A stretch of 64,000 bases of DNA from positions 30,014 to 94,013 of the forward strand of contig JBFLZG010000042.1 in assembly GCA_040756235.1 (NCBI GenBank), written 5' to 3'. Position numbers and translations under genes: made by a program. The first letter of the stretch is position 1. The number at the start of each line of letters is the position of its first letter. The stretch is from a bacterium (GTDB lineage: Bacteria > Desulfobacterota > DSWW01). This document shows positions 8,052 to 16,229 of this stretch, one piece after another. Under the pieces are notes generated by a model. It was not told where the DNA came from. It did no database searches and saw only the letters and a program-made list of their open reading frames with translations.

Positions 8052-8847
8052 TCCCGCCTTCCCTGGCCTCCTGGTATTGCTGCCAACCTTCAGGGGTGTC
8101 GATATCAAAGCCGCCGCGGATTGCATCCGAGGGAGGCTCGAGGCCTTGCGGCGCCGGAGACTGCCCGTTGCCGTTCCACCGCCGAATGATCCCGAGACAG
8201 TATCTCTCCCCCTCGGTGTGGCCCTTCTCGAGGTATGTCCGGATCCCGCCTTCCACGTTCTCGACGGGATACCGAGCGCAGGCCTCAAGGAAGCCGATCA
8301 GCACGGATTCTGCAACCTTGCCGGTCTTGCGGATGGAAGCGAAGGCTTTGAATGCTTGCTCGATCAGGGCGGGGTTGTATCTTGCCTTGAGAGAGGAGAG
8401 AGAGACTCGCGGTTCTTCTATTCCCTTCTTGTTAAGTCCATTCTTGTTTATTAGTGTGCCCTGTGCTGACTTTTCAGCAGGCCCTTCGTCGTGTCCTTCG
8501 TATGCGGCCGGTGTCTGGTATCTGTCGTAATTCAGCACGCTTATGAGCAACCCGCGTGTGCCCTTCACTGTGCCTATCATCGTGCCCTTCATCAAACTTT
8601 CGTAAGCAGCCCGAATTTGCTTCCTGGTCGGCCGTTCAATCCGTGCTCCGACCTTGTGGGACATGGCCTGCCGCATCTTCTCGATGGATGTGAAAAGCTG
8701 GCCGCGCTCAAGCCCCCCGTGCTTCTTGTGACTCGCCTTCAAGAGCATCCAAACCCAGAGCTTCAGGTGCAGGGCAGGGGCCTCCATGATGCCGCTTGAA
8801 AGTATCTTCCGGGCGAGCAGGATGAAGCCGCCGTCAACGTCTGGCAT
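8038..8847 (-). CDS. Phage-type replication initiator (replisome organiser-like wHTH)
   Basis: GFILLARKI..LWVWMLLKA..RGQ..TS..ISVLNYDRYQ N-terminal pattern; directly upstream of the helicase; internal iterons. Confidence 0.8.
   Translation of the reverse strand: MPDVDGGFILLARKILSSGIMEAPALHLKLWVWMLLKASHKKHGGLERGQLFTSIEKMRQAMSHKVGARIERPTRKQIRAAYESLMKGTMIGTVKGTRGLLISVLNYDRYQTPAAYEGHDEGPAEKSAQGTLINKNGLNKKGIEEPRVSLSSLKARYNPALIEQAFKAFASIRKTGKVAESVLIGFLEACARYPVENVEGGIRTYLEKGHTEGERYCLGIIRRWNGNGQSPAPQGLEPPSDAIRGGFDIDTPEGWQQYQEAREGGNERA
8414..8591. other. Putative replication origin inside rep
   Basis: GTGCCCTTCA-like iterons at 8558, 8570, 8582, 8491, 8479 and 8456 next to an AT-rich tract at 8414-8453. 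Confidence 0.6.
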
Positions 8848-9004
8848 CTTCCCCCCTGCGCGGCAGGGCTTCCAAGGCCTCGAGCAGGCGCCGCGCGGCC
8901 GATTCGCTCAGTTCCTCCGACTCGAGCATCTCCAAGATCAAGGCGATTGCCCGGGCCCGGAGGGACAGGCCGTTGCCGGCAAGCTCTGCGACGGTTCTCC
9001 CCAC
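8834..9004 (-). CDS. 56-aa hypothetical protein (not in ORF track)
   Basis: GTG 3 bp after the AlpA stop, stop overlaps the rep start; fills the operon gap. Confidence 0.55.
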   Translation of the reverse strand: MGRTVAELAGNGLSLRARAIALILEMLESEELSESAARRLLEALEALPRRGEDARR

Positions 9005-9007
9005 GGC

Positions 9008-9199
9008 TCAGTTCTCCCGCCGCGCCTGACTCTGACACTCAAGGCTCTGAAGCACCTCGGTCAGACGAAAACGGCAATACTTCCCAAATCTGAGAACTGG
9101 GATCGCGTTCGTCCTGGTTCGCGAGTACACCCAGCTTTTCGGCACCCGCAGTTCCCGCGCCAGCTCTTCAGGCGTCAACAAATCGGGCTTTGCGTTCAT
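9008..9199 (-). CDS. AlpA/excisionase-family HTH protein
   Basis: LLTPEELARELRVPKSWVY..IPVLRFGKYCRF. Confidence 0.88.
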   Translation of the reverse strand: MNAKPDLLTPEELARELRVPKSWVYSRTRTNAIPVLRFGKYCRFRLTEVLQSLECQSQARREN

Positions 9200-9450
9200 C
9201 GTCTTGTATCCTCCGCATGGTCTGTTGTTTCCCGTCCTTGTTTCGCCCCTTTTCTATCCAATCGTTTGCACTGGTGCATTGGTCGAAAGGTCGACGCACC
9301 CTTCTTGTCTTCTCGCACCCTTCTTCGGGAAGCGGGGAAAATTATCAGGGATCAATACTCACGGGGATTTCAGAGCCAGGAGGCAGGCGAGAAAAAAACT
9401 AAGGTCGCAGACAGAAAACCACTCCGTGCGACCTTCGTTCCGAGTACGGA

Positions 9451-10242
9451 TCAGGAGGTTCGCTTAGGTGGGTCAACGGTCTGCCTCAAATCGGCGACAG
9501 ATCCAAACGCGAAGTGATAGCCCTCGTCCTTGTATGCGTTCAGTGCCTCCAGGAGTTTGGGGAAGTAGTCGTTCCGTGCGTTGTCTGAAGGCCTGGTCGT
9601 TCGTTTTCGGTCCTGATCAGGATGCGCTTTGCTTATCCACTTTCCGACGGCCCCGACCGTCCTTTTGCAATCGCGGTTCGTCGAGAGAAACAAACGAGCG
9701 ATATGCACTTGCCAAATCCAATCATGTTTGGCCCAGAGCTCCTTCGCGAAGGCAAACGCTTTCTCCCTGTGCGTAGGGCCTTGCCGAGCCGGCCGGTTTC
9801 TGCCGCGCTCCGCTTTGATCCGCTCAACGTCGGCCGGATTCACCATGAGCTTCTTAGAAAACCAGTATTCGGGTTTGCGCATCCACCACCATTTACCGGG
9901 GTAGACCTCCATGGAGTCTTGGACAATTTCCCCCGGGCCTGGCCTGCCCACGCCCGGTTTAAAGCCGATGTAAATAAAATTGGGGCCATCGAACCGAAGG
10001 AAGAGTTTCTGGCGGGCACATTCAAGAGACCACTGAAGCTCCCGGTCAAGGTCGGAAGCCGCTTTCCCTCGGGTCCCCCCCGATGGACTCTGCCGCACAT
10101 CAGCGCCGTGCGGACGAGGGGGTAACTGATAAAGCGGTAATTGGTGCTGTTCACAGAAGAGGCAGAAGCCGACCAGGTCCAGGCCAAGCCGGTCCATGGC
10201 GGTAGTGGCGAACTCGAAGGTAGGTGTCTCGGATGCTTCCAT
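9451..10242 (-). CDS. Hypothetical protein, possible C-terminal HTH
   Basis: Long ORF in lower-GC DNA next to attR; QVHIARLF..TVGAVGKWISK. Confidence 0.6.
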   Translation of the reverse strand: MEASETPTFEFATTAMDRLGLDLVGFCLFCEQHQLPLYQLPPRPHGADVRQSPSGGTRGKAASDLDRELQWSLECARQKLFLRFDGPNFIYIGFKPGVGRPGPGEIVQDSMEVYPGKWWWMRKPEYWFSKKLMVNPADVERIKAERGRNRPARQGPTHREKAFAFAKELWAKHDWIWQVHIARLFLSTNRDCKRTVGAVGKWISKAHPDQDRKRTTRPSDNARNDYFPKLLEALNAYKDEGYHFAFGSVADLRQTVDPPKRTS

Positions 10243-10468
10243 GGCGCCCCCCACGCCCCCGAAGGTAAGAGCCAGGGAAGGCCGGGTCGGGGAACCCGGC
10301 CGTTCGGCCCGCGAAGCCTATCCCTGGAAATCGGTCGGAAAACTGCTACCACTTTGCTACCACTTCAGCAAAAAACAGGGTAAAAGACCATAAATCACCA
10401 AACAGGCAAACTCTTGATTTGCTTTATTTTCGTGTGTCATGGTATATGCTGTTTCGGCAACGGAGCGA

Positions 10469-10515
10469 CTTCCCAAGCTGGCTGTCGCGGGTTCGAGTCC
10501 CGTTGCCCGCTCCAG
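10469..10515 (+). repeat. attR, duplicated 3' part of tRNA-Gly
   Basis: Identical to 577-623; lacks the tRNA 5' half. Confidence 0.95.
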
Positions 10516-10688
10516 TTTTCTGTTGCGAGCGGTTCCGGGCTGCGGCGCCAGGGGAGAGGGATCCGCCAGGCCTTCTGAGCGACTCTCGGTACGACGCGCG
10601 AAAAGGGATCCCCGTCGGAAGCAGGAAGCCATCGGAGCGCAGCCGCGGCAAGCTTTCTTCCTCTTTTCTGAGGAGTGCTCAGCCGAGG

Positions 10689-11039
10689 ATGGCCAAAGTT
10701 CTCGCCGAGAGACGCAAACACCCCCGTGTCCCCACCCGGATTCAAATCCGCTATCAAGCGGCGGACCAATTCTTCACGGACTACATCCACAATTTGTCCC
10801 TGGGAGGGATCTTCGTGGAGACGTCCGATCCCCTCCCTGTGAACACGACTCTGAAGGTCCAGTTCTGCCTCCCTGCCATGAACAAGCCGATCGTCGCGGA
10901 CGGCGTCGTCGTGCGGTCCATTCAGGGCGGAGGGACGAACTCCGGCATCCGCGGCATGGGCATACGATTCTCCGACTTGGATGAACGGAGCCGGCATGCC
11001 GTGGAGAGGTACGTGGCCAAGGCCCGCCCTGCTTCCTGA
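10689..11039 (+). CDS. PilZ-domain protein
   Basis: ERRKHPR (RxxxR), NLSLGG, GMGIRF. Confidence 0.9.
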   Translation: MAKVLAERRKHPRVPTRIQIRYQAADQFFTDYIHNLSLGGIFVETSDPLPVNTTLKVQFCLPAMNKPIVADGVVVRSIQGGGTNSGIRGMGIRFSDLDERSRHAVERYVAKARPAS

Positions 11040-11083
11040 GCCTGATCCGGCCGACCGGCGGCCGTCCGGCCAACCGACAGAGA

Positions 11084-12826
11084 TCAGTAGCTGTAGCGGT
11101 TCGTTATCGGAAGACGCCGGTCCCTGCCGAACGCCTTGGGCGTGATCTTCATGCCCGGAGGCGCCTGTCGCCTCTTGTATTCGTTTCGGTCCACCCTCCG
11201 CATGATGTCGCGGACGCGATCTCGGGGAAAACCGCTCTGGAGGATCTCCTCGAGACTGTAATCCCTCTCCACGTACAGGTGGAGGACCGCATCCAACTCC
11301 TCGTACGGCGGCAGACTGTCCTGATCCGTCTGATTCGGCCTCAGCTCGGCGGAAGGGGCCTTCTCGAGGACCGAGCGGGAGATGACCTCCCTGCCTTTGA
11401 CGCGATTGAGGTACTCGCAAAGCGCATAGACCGTGGTCTTCGGCACGTCTTTGAGGACCGCGAGCCCGCCCGCCATGTCCCCGTACAGCGTGCAGTAGCC
11501 CACGGAAGTTTCACTCTTGTTGCCGGTGTTGAGGACGATCCAGTTGAACTTGTTCGAAAAGGCCATCAGGACCGTCCCTCGGATCCGCGCCTGGAGGTTC
11601 TCCTCGGTCTGGTCGGGGGCGCTGCCGCGAAATGCAGGCTGCAGCGCCTCCAGGAAGGCGGCAAAGATCGGATCGATCGGGATCACCCGGAAGGAGATGC
11701 CCAGGTCGCGGGCCAGCGCCTCGGCGTCAAGGCGGCTCAGCTCAGAGGAATAGCGCGTGGGCATGAAGATGCCGTGCACGTTCTTCCGACCCAGAGCCTC
11801 GACCGCCAGTGCCGCCGTGATGGAGGAGTCGACGCCGCCACTCAGACCCACCACGGCCTGTTCGAACCCGTTCTTCCCGAGGTAGTCCCGGATGCCGAGG
11901 ACGAGGGCATGGAAGATCTCCCCCGTATCCCCCAGCGCTTCTCGTGCAGCGGGTGCGGGCAGAGGGCGGAGCCGCGATTTCGTTTGCGGCAGGGGAGGAA
12001 GCGTCAGGACCTCGACCGGATCCGACCGGCCCTGAGAAGCTCTCCTCTCCTCGCGCCGGCGCGGGTCCAGGAGGCGGGCTCGAAACACGTTGCGTACGTT
12101 GAGGTCGGTCATGAGGAGGTCTTCGCAAAAAGGCTTTCCCTCGCCGAGGAGTCTGCCTCGCTCGTCCAGAACGAGGCTGTTCCCGTCGAAGATCAGCTCG
12201 TCCTGCCCGCCGACCAGGTTGACGTAGGCCAGGGCAACCGTGTGGTCCATGGCCCGGGTCGAAAGCATCCGCAGCCGTTCGCTCCTGCGGCCCGCGTAGA
12301 ACGGGGATGCGGAAATGTTCACCGCCAGCTCGGCGTTACCGCACAGGACCTGAGCGGCCAGAGGGCCGGTCGGCTGCCAGATGTCCTCGCAAATGGAGAG
12401 CCCCACGCGAACCCCCTGGCAGACGAACACCAGGGTGCGGTCTCCGCGCTGGAAATACCTGCTTTCATCGAATACCCCGTAGTTCGGCAGGTAGTTCTTC
12501 CGGTACGTCCCGACCCATTTGCCGTCCTGGAGCAAGGCGGCGGCGTTATAGATGTCATGATCCTTGTCCACGAAGCCGACGACAGCCGTGATGCCCCGGG
12601 TCGCCTCGGCGAGGCTCTCCAGTGCCCGCACGTTGTCCTCGATGAAGAAAGGCTTTAGGAGAAGATCCTCGGGCGGATAGCCGGTCAGGGCGAGCTCCGG
12701 AAAGGCGACGAGGTCGGCTCCGGCGCGCCGCGCCTTCTGCAAGTAAGCGCGGATGCGTCGGGCGTTCCCCTTCAAGTCGCCGACGGTCGGGTTGATCTGA
12801 GCCAGCGCAAGTCTGAAGTTATGCAT
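11084..12826 (-). CDS. nadE: Glutamine-dependent NAD+ synthetase
   Basis: Nitrilase domain (FPEL, ICEDIW) plus GLSGGVDS, NKSE, PSAEL. Confidence 0.97.
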   Translation of the reverse strand: MHNFRLALAQINPTVGDLKGNARRIRAYLQKARRAGADLVAFPELALTGYPPEDLLLKPFFIEDNVRALESLAEATRGITAVVGFVDKDHDIYNAAALLQDGKWVGTYRKNYLPNYGVFDESRYFQRGDRTLVFVCQGVRVGLSICEDIWQPTGPLAAQVLCGNAELAVNISASPFYAGRRSERLRMLSTRAMDHTVALAYVNLVGGQDELIFDGNSLVLDERGRLLGEGKPFCEDLLMTDLNVRNVFRARLLDPRRREERRASQGRSDPVEVLTLPPLPQTKSRLRPLPAPAAREALGDTGEIFHALVLGIRDYLGKNGFEQAVVGLSGGVDSSITAALAVEALGRKNVHGIFMPTRYSSELSRLDAEALARDLGISFRVIPIDPIFAAFLEALQPAFRGSAPDQTEENLQARIRGTVLMAFSNKFNWIVLNTGNKSETSVGYCTLYGDMAGGLAVLKDVPKTTVYALCEYLNRVKGREVISRSVLEKAPSAELRPNQTDQDSLPPYEELDAVLHLYVERDYSLEEILQSGFPRDRVRDIMRRVDRNEYKRRQAPPGMKITPKAFGRDRRLPITNRYSY

Positions 12827-12897
12827 GGCGCGTTCCTCGCTATCGGGGACTCGGGGAAGGCAGGCCTGCTGCGCGCGGCAGCGTCCGCAGGCACTCG

Positions 12898-12927
12898 TTG
12901 ACACGGTGCAGGCGCCTCTTCTAGACT
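12898..12927 (+). promoter_or_regulatory. Putative sigma70 promoter
   Basis: TTGACA-18 bp-TAGACT upstream of the 12971 gene. Confidence 0.55.
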
Positions 12928-12970
12928 GGCTCGGTCGCCGAATCGGGCATCTGTCGATGCCGTCTTCCTG

Positions 12971-14830
12971 ATGTGCTCAGAGAAAGGGGCCTTTCCCGTG
13001 CAGGTGTACAGGAAGATCTGGCATCTTTCCTTTATCTGGGCGCCGATCGTCTACTATCACTTTTTCAGCTACGCCCAGGCCATCCTCCTCAGCCTCCTGT
13101 TCCTGCTCCTCTTCCTCGCCGTTGACATCATCCGATTGAACTGGAAAAGAGGCAACGAGATCGCCTATCGGCATTTCTCCTGGCTTCTCAGAGAGCAGGA
13201 GCGCAAGGGGCTCAACACCGCCTTCTATTTCGCCTTGAGCTGTCTGATCTGCGCCGTTTTCTTCGAGAAGCGGGTCGCCGTGACGGCCATCGCGCTGCTG
13301 TGCGTGGGCGATCCGATCGCCGCGATCATCGGCACCCGCTACGGTTCGATTCGCATTCTGAACAAGTCGCTGCAGGGCAGCCTCGCCTGTTTCATCGTCT
13401 GCTTCGCGGTCGCCCGGTTCATGTTCGATTCCACCCTGGCCTTCTGGGCGGCGCTGACGGCCACTTTCTTCGAGCTGATCTCCTCCAGGCTCAACGACAA
13501 TCTGTCCGTTCCCATCTTCTCCGGACTGATGCTCACGTTTCTCTTCCAGCCGCCCGAAATCCGGGGACCCATGCAGTACCTGCTGCGCTTCCTGGACGTG
13601 TATCTTCTGTTTGTCGTGGCGACCTCGTTTGTGGGCATCGGAATTAAGCACTATATCTTACACACTTACATAAAGCACTATCCTGCTTCCTTCCGTGCCC
13701 GAGCCGAGGCGCCGCCGTCGGTTTCGATCATCAAGCCGCTCGCCGGGCTCGAGGGGGGGGACTACGAGAACTTGAGCAGCTTCTGCCGGCTCGTTTGCGC
13801 CGGCCCATGGGAGCTGGTCTTCGTCGTCAAAGACGGGACGGACCCGGTCCTGAAGGTGATCGACCGTCTGCGTCTGGAATTCACCGGGGTGGACATCCGG
13901 GTGGTGTTCAGCGGCCCGGGCGGCTCGATCGCGGACAAGATGAACAAGCTGATACAGGGCGTGCGCCGCGCGCGGGGAAACGTCCTGATCTTCAGCGATG
14001 CCGCGGTTCGGGTCCCGCCCGATTATCTGGAACGGGTGACCGCTCCGCTTGCGGACCCGGAAATCGGCATGGTCACGGCGGTGGCTTCTTATTTCGGCGC
14101 CAGGACCATTCCGGCGGCCCTGAACGCTCATCTTGTGAATCTGCTGGGGCAGAGCCTTTACTTCACCCTGGCCTTCTTCGATCGTCTGGAAACCGCCAAC
14201 GGCTGCACGATCGCCGTCCGGCGAGAGGTGCTGGAGCAGGTGGGGGGCTTCTCGGGCATCTCCCATCAGGTGTCGGAGTCTCATGCCCTGGCGCAGGCGA
14301 TCCACCGGAAGGGCTACCGCATCCTTCTGCTGGACAGAATGATTCCGGTTCATCATGCGCGGCTCCCCTGGACGGAGTGGCTGGAGCGCATGCACCGCAT
14401 GGTCGTGATCTACAGGACCTATGTTCCGCATTCTTATCCGCTCTTTCTTTTCCAGCTCGGCCTCCTGCATGCTCTCGTCTACTGGTGGATGCACCCGCTC
14501 TCGGTCGTCGGACCGATCCTGGCCGGCGCGAGCCTCGTGGCCGAGACGCTCTCGCACCTGAGAATGAACTACCTCTATGTGAAGGACCGCAGCACCTATT
14601 TCTTCATTTGGCTGCTGCCGCTGCTGCTGGTGGTCGCGCCTTTGATCTGGGCCAGTCCGTACTTCAGCCGAGTGGTGTGCTGGAGAGGGCAGCGGTTTTT
14701 CGTCGACCGGACCGGTGTTGCAACGCGCCTGAAGGAGATCTCCGCTGAGAACGAGCCGAAGGCCGCAGATGGGCGGGTCGGACGGTCTTCAGATAGAGCG
14801 GGTGCCGGAAGGCTCGAGGGAAGGCTTTGA
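12971..14830 (+). CDS. Fusion of a phytol/dolichol-kinase-like membrane domain and a ceramide glucosyltransferase/HpnI-like GT2 domain
   Basis: RKIWH, GDPIAAIIG..YG, KSLQGS, NDNL; then SIIKPLAG, KMNKL, GCTIAVRREVLEQVGGF, WRGQRF. Confidence 0.8.
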   Translation: MCSEKGAFPVQVYRKIWHLSFIWAPIVYYHFFSYAQAILLSLLFLLLFLAVDIIRLNWKRGNEIAYRHFSWLLREQERKGLNTAFYFALSCLICAVFFEKRVAVTAIALLCVGDPIAAIIGTRYGSIRILNKSLQGSLACFIVCFAVARFMFDSTLAFWAALTATFFELISSRLNDNLSVPIFSGLMLTFLFQPPEIRGPMQYLLRFLDVYLLFVVATSFVGIGIKHYILHTYIKHYPASFRARAEAPPSVSIIKPLAGLEGGDYENLSSFCRLVCAGPWELVFVVKDGTDPVLKVIDRLRLEFTGVDIRVVFSGPGGSIADKMNKLIQGVRRARGNVLIFSDAAVRVPPDYLERVTAPLADPEIGMVTAVASYFGARTIPAALNAHLVNLLGQSLYFTLAFFDRLETANGCTIAVRREVLEQVGGFSGISHQVSESHALAQAIHRKGYRILLLDRMIPVHHARLPWTEWLERMHRMVVIYRTYVPHSYPLFLFQLGLLHALVYWWMHPLSVVGPILAGASLVAETLSHLRMNYLYVKDRSTYFFIWLLPLLLVVAPLIWASPYFSRVVCWRGQRFFVDRTGVATRLKEISAENEPKAADGRVGRSSDRAGAGRLEGRL

Positions 14831-15582
14831 TGGGGAACGCTGTCGAGATCGTAAGGGCGCTCAGGGAACACCTCCTGTACCTGATCGAATCCGACCTGGA
14901 GGACGTCTGCTTCGGAGTGCCGAGGTCGGCGCCCGATGCCGCGGACCCGGAAGCGGGTGCGGGAACCGAGTTGCCGGGGGTCGATCCTGAGAGTCGCCTG
15001 CGGGCGCTGCGCGAGGAGCTCGGGGAGTGCCGTCGATGTTCCCTCGCCAAGGGCCGCCGGGCGATCGTGTTCGGCGAAGGAGACCCGCGGGCAGAAGTCC
15101 TGTTCATCGGCGAAGGTCCGGGGAGCGAAGAGGACGCGACCGGGAGGCCTTTCGTCGGGCCGGCCGGTGAAAAGCTCACGGAGATCATCGAAAAAGGAAT
15201 GGGCATTCCCCGCTCCCGGGTGTTCATCTGCAACATCGTGAAGTGCCGCCCGCCGCACAACCGAGTGCCCCTGGACGAGGAGGCGGATGCCTGTTTCCCA
15301 TTTCTGGAGAGGCAGATCGAAGCGGTTCGGCCCAAGGTGATCGTCACCTTGGGACACTCGGCCACCTGTCGCCTGCTGGGGGTCCGACTTCCCATGCACC
15401 AGCTGAGAGGCAGGTGGCACTCCTACAAAGACATCCCCGTAATGCCCACGTTCCACCCCTCCTACGTGTTGCGCTACTACACGGTATCGGTCCGCAAGCA
15501 GGTCTGGGAGGACGTGCGCGAAGTCAAGCGCATGCTGATGGAAGGGAAGAGACGGCCGCCGGCCCGAGAGCCGGAAGCGTGA
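14830..15582 (+). CDS. udg: Uracil-DNA glycosylase family 4
   Basis: CRRC, GEGPG..ED..GRPFVG, KCRPP, FHPSY. Confidence 0.93.
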   Translation: MGNAVEIVRALREHLLYLIESDLEDVCFGVPRSAPDAADPEAGAGTELPGVDPESRLRALREELGECRRCSLAKGRRAIVFGEGDPRAEVLFIGEGPGSEEDATGRPFVGPAGEKLTEIIEKGMGIPRSRVFICNIVKCRPPHNRVPLDEEADACFPFLERQIEAVRPKVIVTLGHSATCRLLGVRLPMHQLRGRWHSYKDIPVMPTFHPSYVLRYYTVSVRKQVWEDVREVKRMLMEGKRRPPAREPEA

Positions 15583-15587
15583 GGCTG

Positions 15588-15615
15588 GTAGAGGCGACCG
15601 GCCGGTCGCCTCTGC
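15588..15615. repeat. GTAG-type REP-like palindrome
   Basis: GTAGAGGCGACCGGCCGGTCGCCTCTGC, near-perfect palindrome just after the udg stop. Confidence 0.6.
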
Positions 15616-15876
15616 TGAAGATCTCCCCTGCTGAAGACCGGACACGGAGCGGTCTCGTTCGCTTGCCCCGGGGACCCGCGCACCTCGACGAGCGAACTTG
15701 CATGCGCTTTCGCACTCGCGTCCCAGGCCCCTTTGTCGGATGCCTCTGTTGACTAGATATTCTCCTAAGGATTATTATACGGGATTATTTTGTCCCCGGA
15801 ACTTGCGTGCCTGTGCGGGATTGTCCCGTGTGAGCCGGGGCGATCGTACAAGCAGAAGGAGAAGGAGGAACGAGGA

Positions 15877-16161
15877 ATGCTCACGTGCAACATCGCCAAG
15901 GTCGGCAAAGCCTGCGTCTTCATGAAGAAGGCGGGCTGTTCCTATAACGGCGGCACCTGCCACCCCGTGATCGAATCCTGCTCGGGATGCTCGAACGTCG
16001 AGGCCTTTCCCCAGGGTCAATACTGCCGGGTTTCGCCGGAGCCTTCGCTGAAGTGGAACAGCGGCAAGTGCAACATGGCAACGCACCTGGAGAAGGCTCA
16101 GGAGCAGTCGCCGATCAAGAAGGTGAATCCACTGAAGGCTTCCAAGCGGGCGGCACGATAG
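15877..16161 (+). CDS. PxxKW-family cysteine-rich protein
   Basis: PSLKW..GKCNMATH, KKVNPLKASKR, eight Cys. Confidence 0.85.
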   Translation: MLTCNIAKVGKACVFMKKAGCSYNGGTCHPVIESCSGCSNVEAFPQGQYCRVSPEPSLKWNSGKCNMATHLEKAQEQSPIKKVNPLKASKRAAR

Positions 16162-16229
16162 CGGGAGCCCCTCACGGGTTCCTCCGCTCGACGCCTGCCA
16201 GCTGTGGGTTTCAGCCTGTCGGCAGCCCG

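Larger units (their letters stand above)
577..10515 (-). mobile_element. tRNA-Gly-integrated ~9.9 kb element, phage-satellite-like
   Basis: 47-bp att repeats, integrase, AlpA/Xis, Rep, DnaB-like helicase, Nu1-like TerS; no recognisable TerL, portal or capsid gene. Confidence 0.9.

Noticed and set aside
10469..10515. Second tRNA-Gly gene
   Set aside because: Only the 3' 47 bp are present; it is the attR duplication.
577..10515. Complete prophage or ICE
   Set aside because: No recognisable TerL, portal, capsid, tape-measure, lysis, relaxase or T4SS genes.
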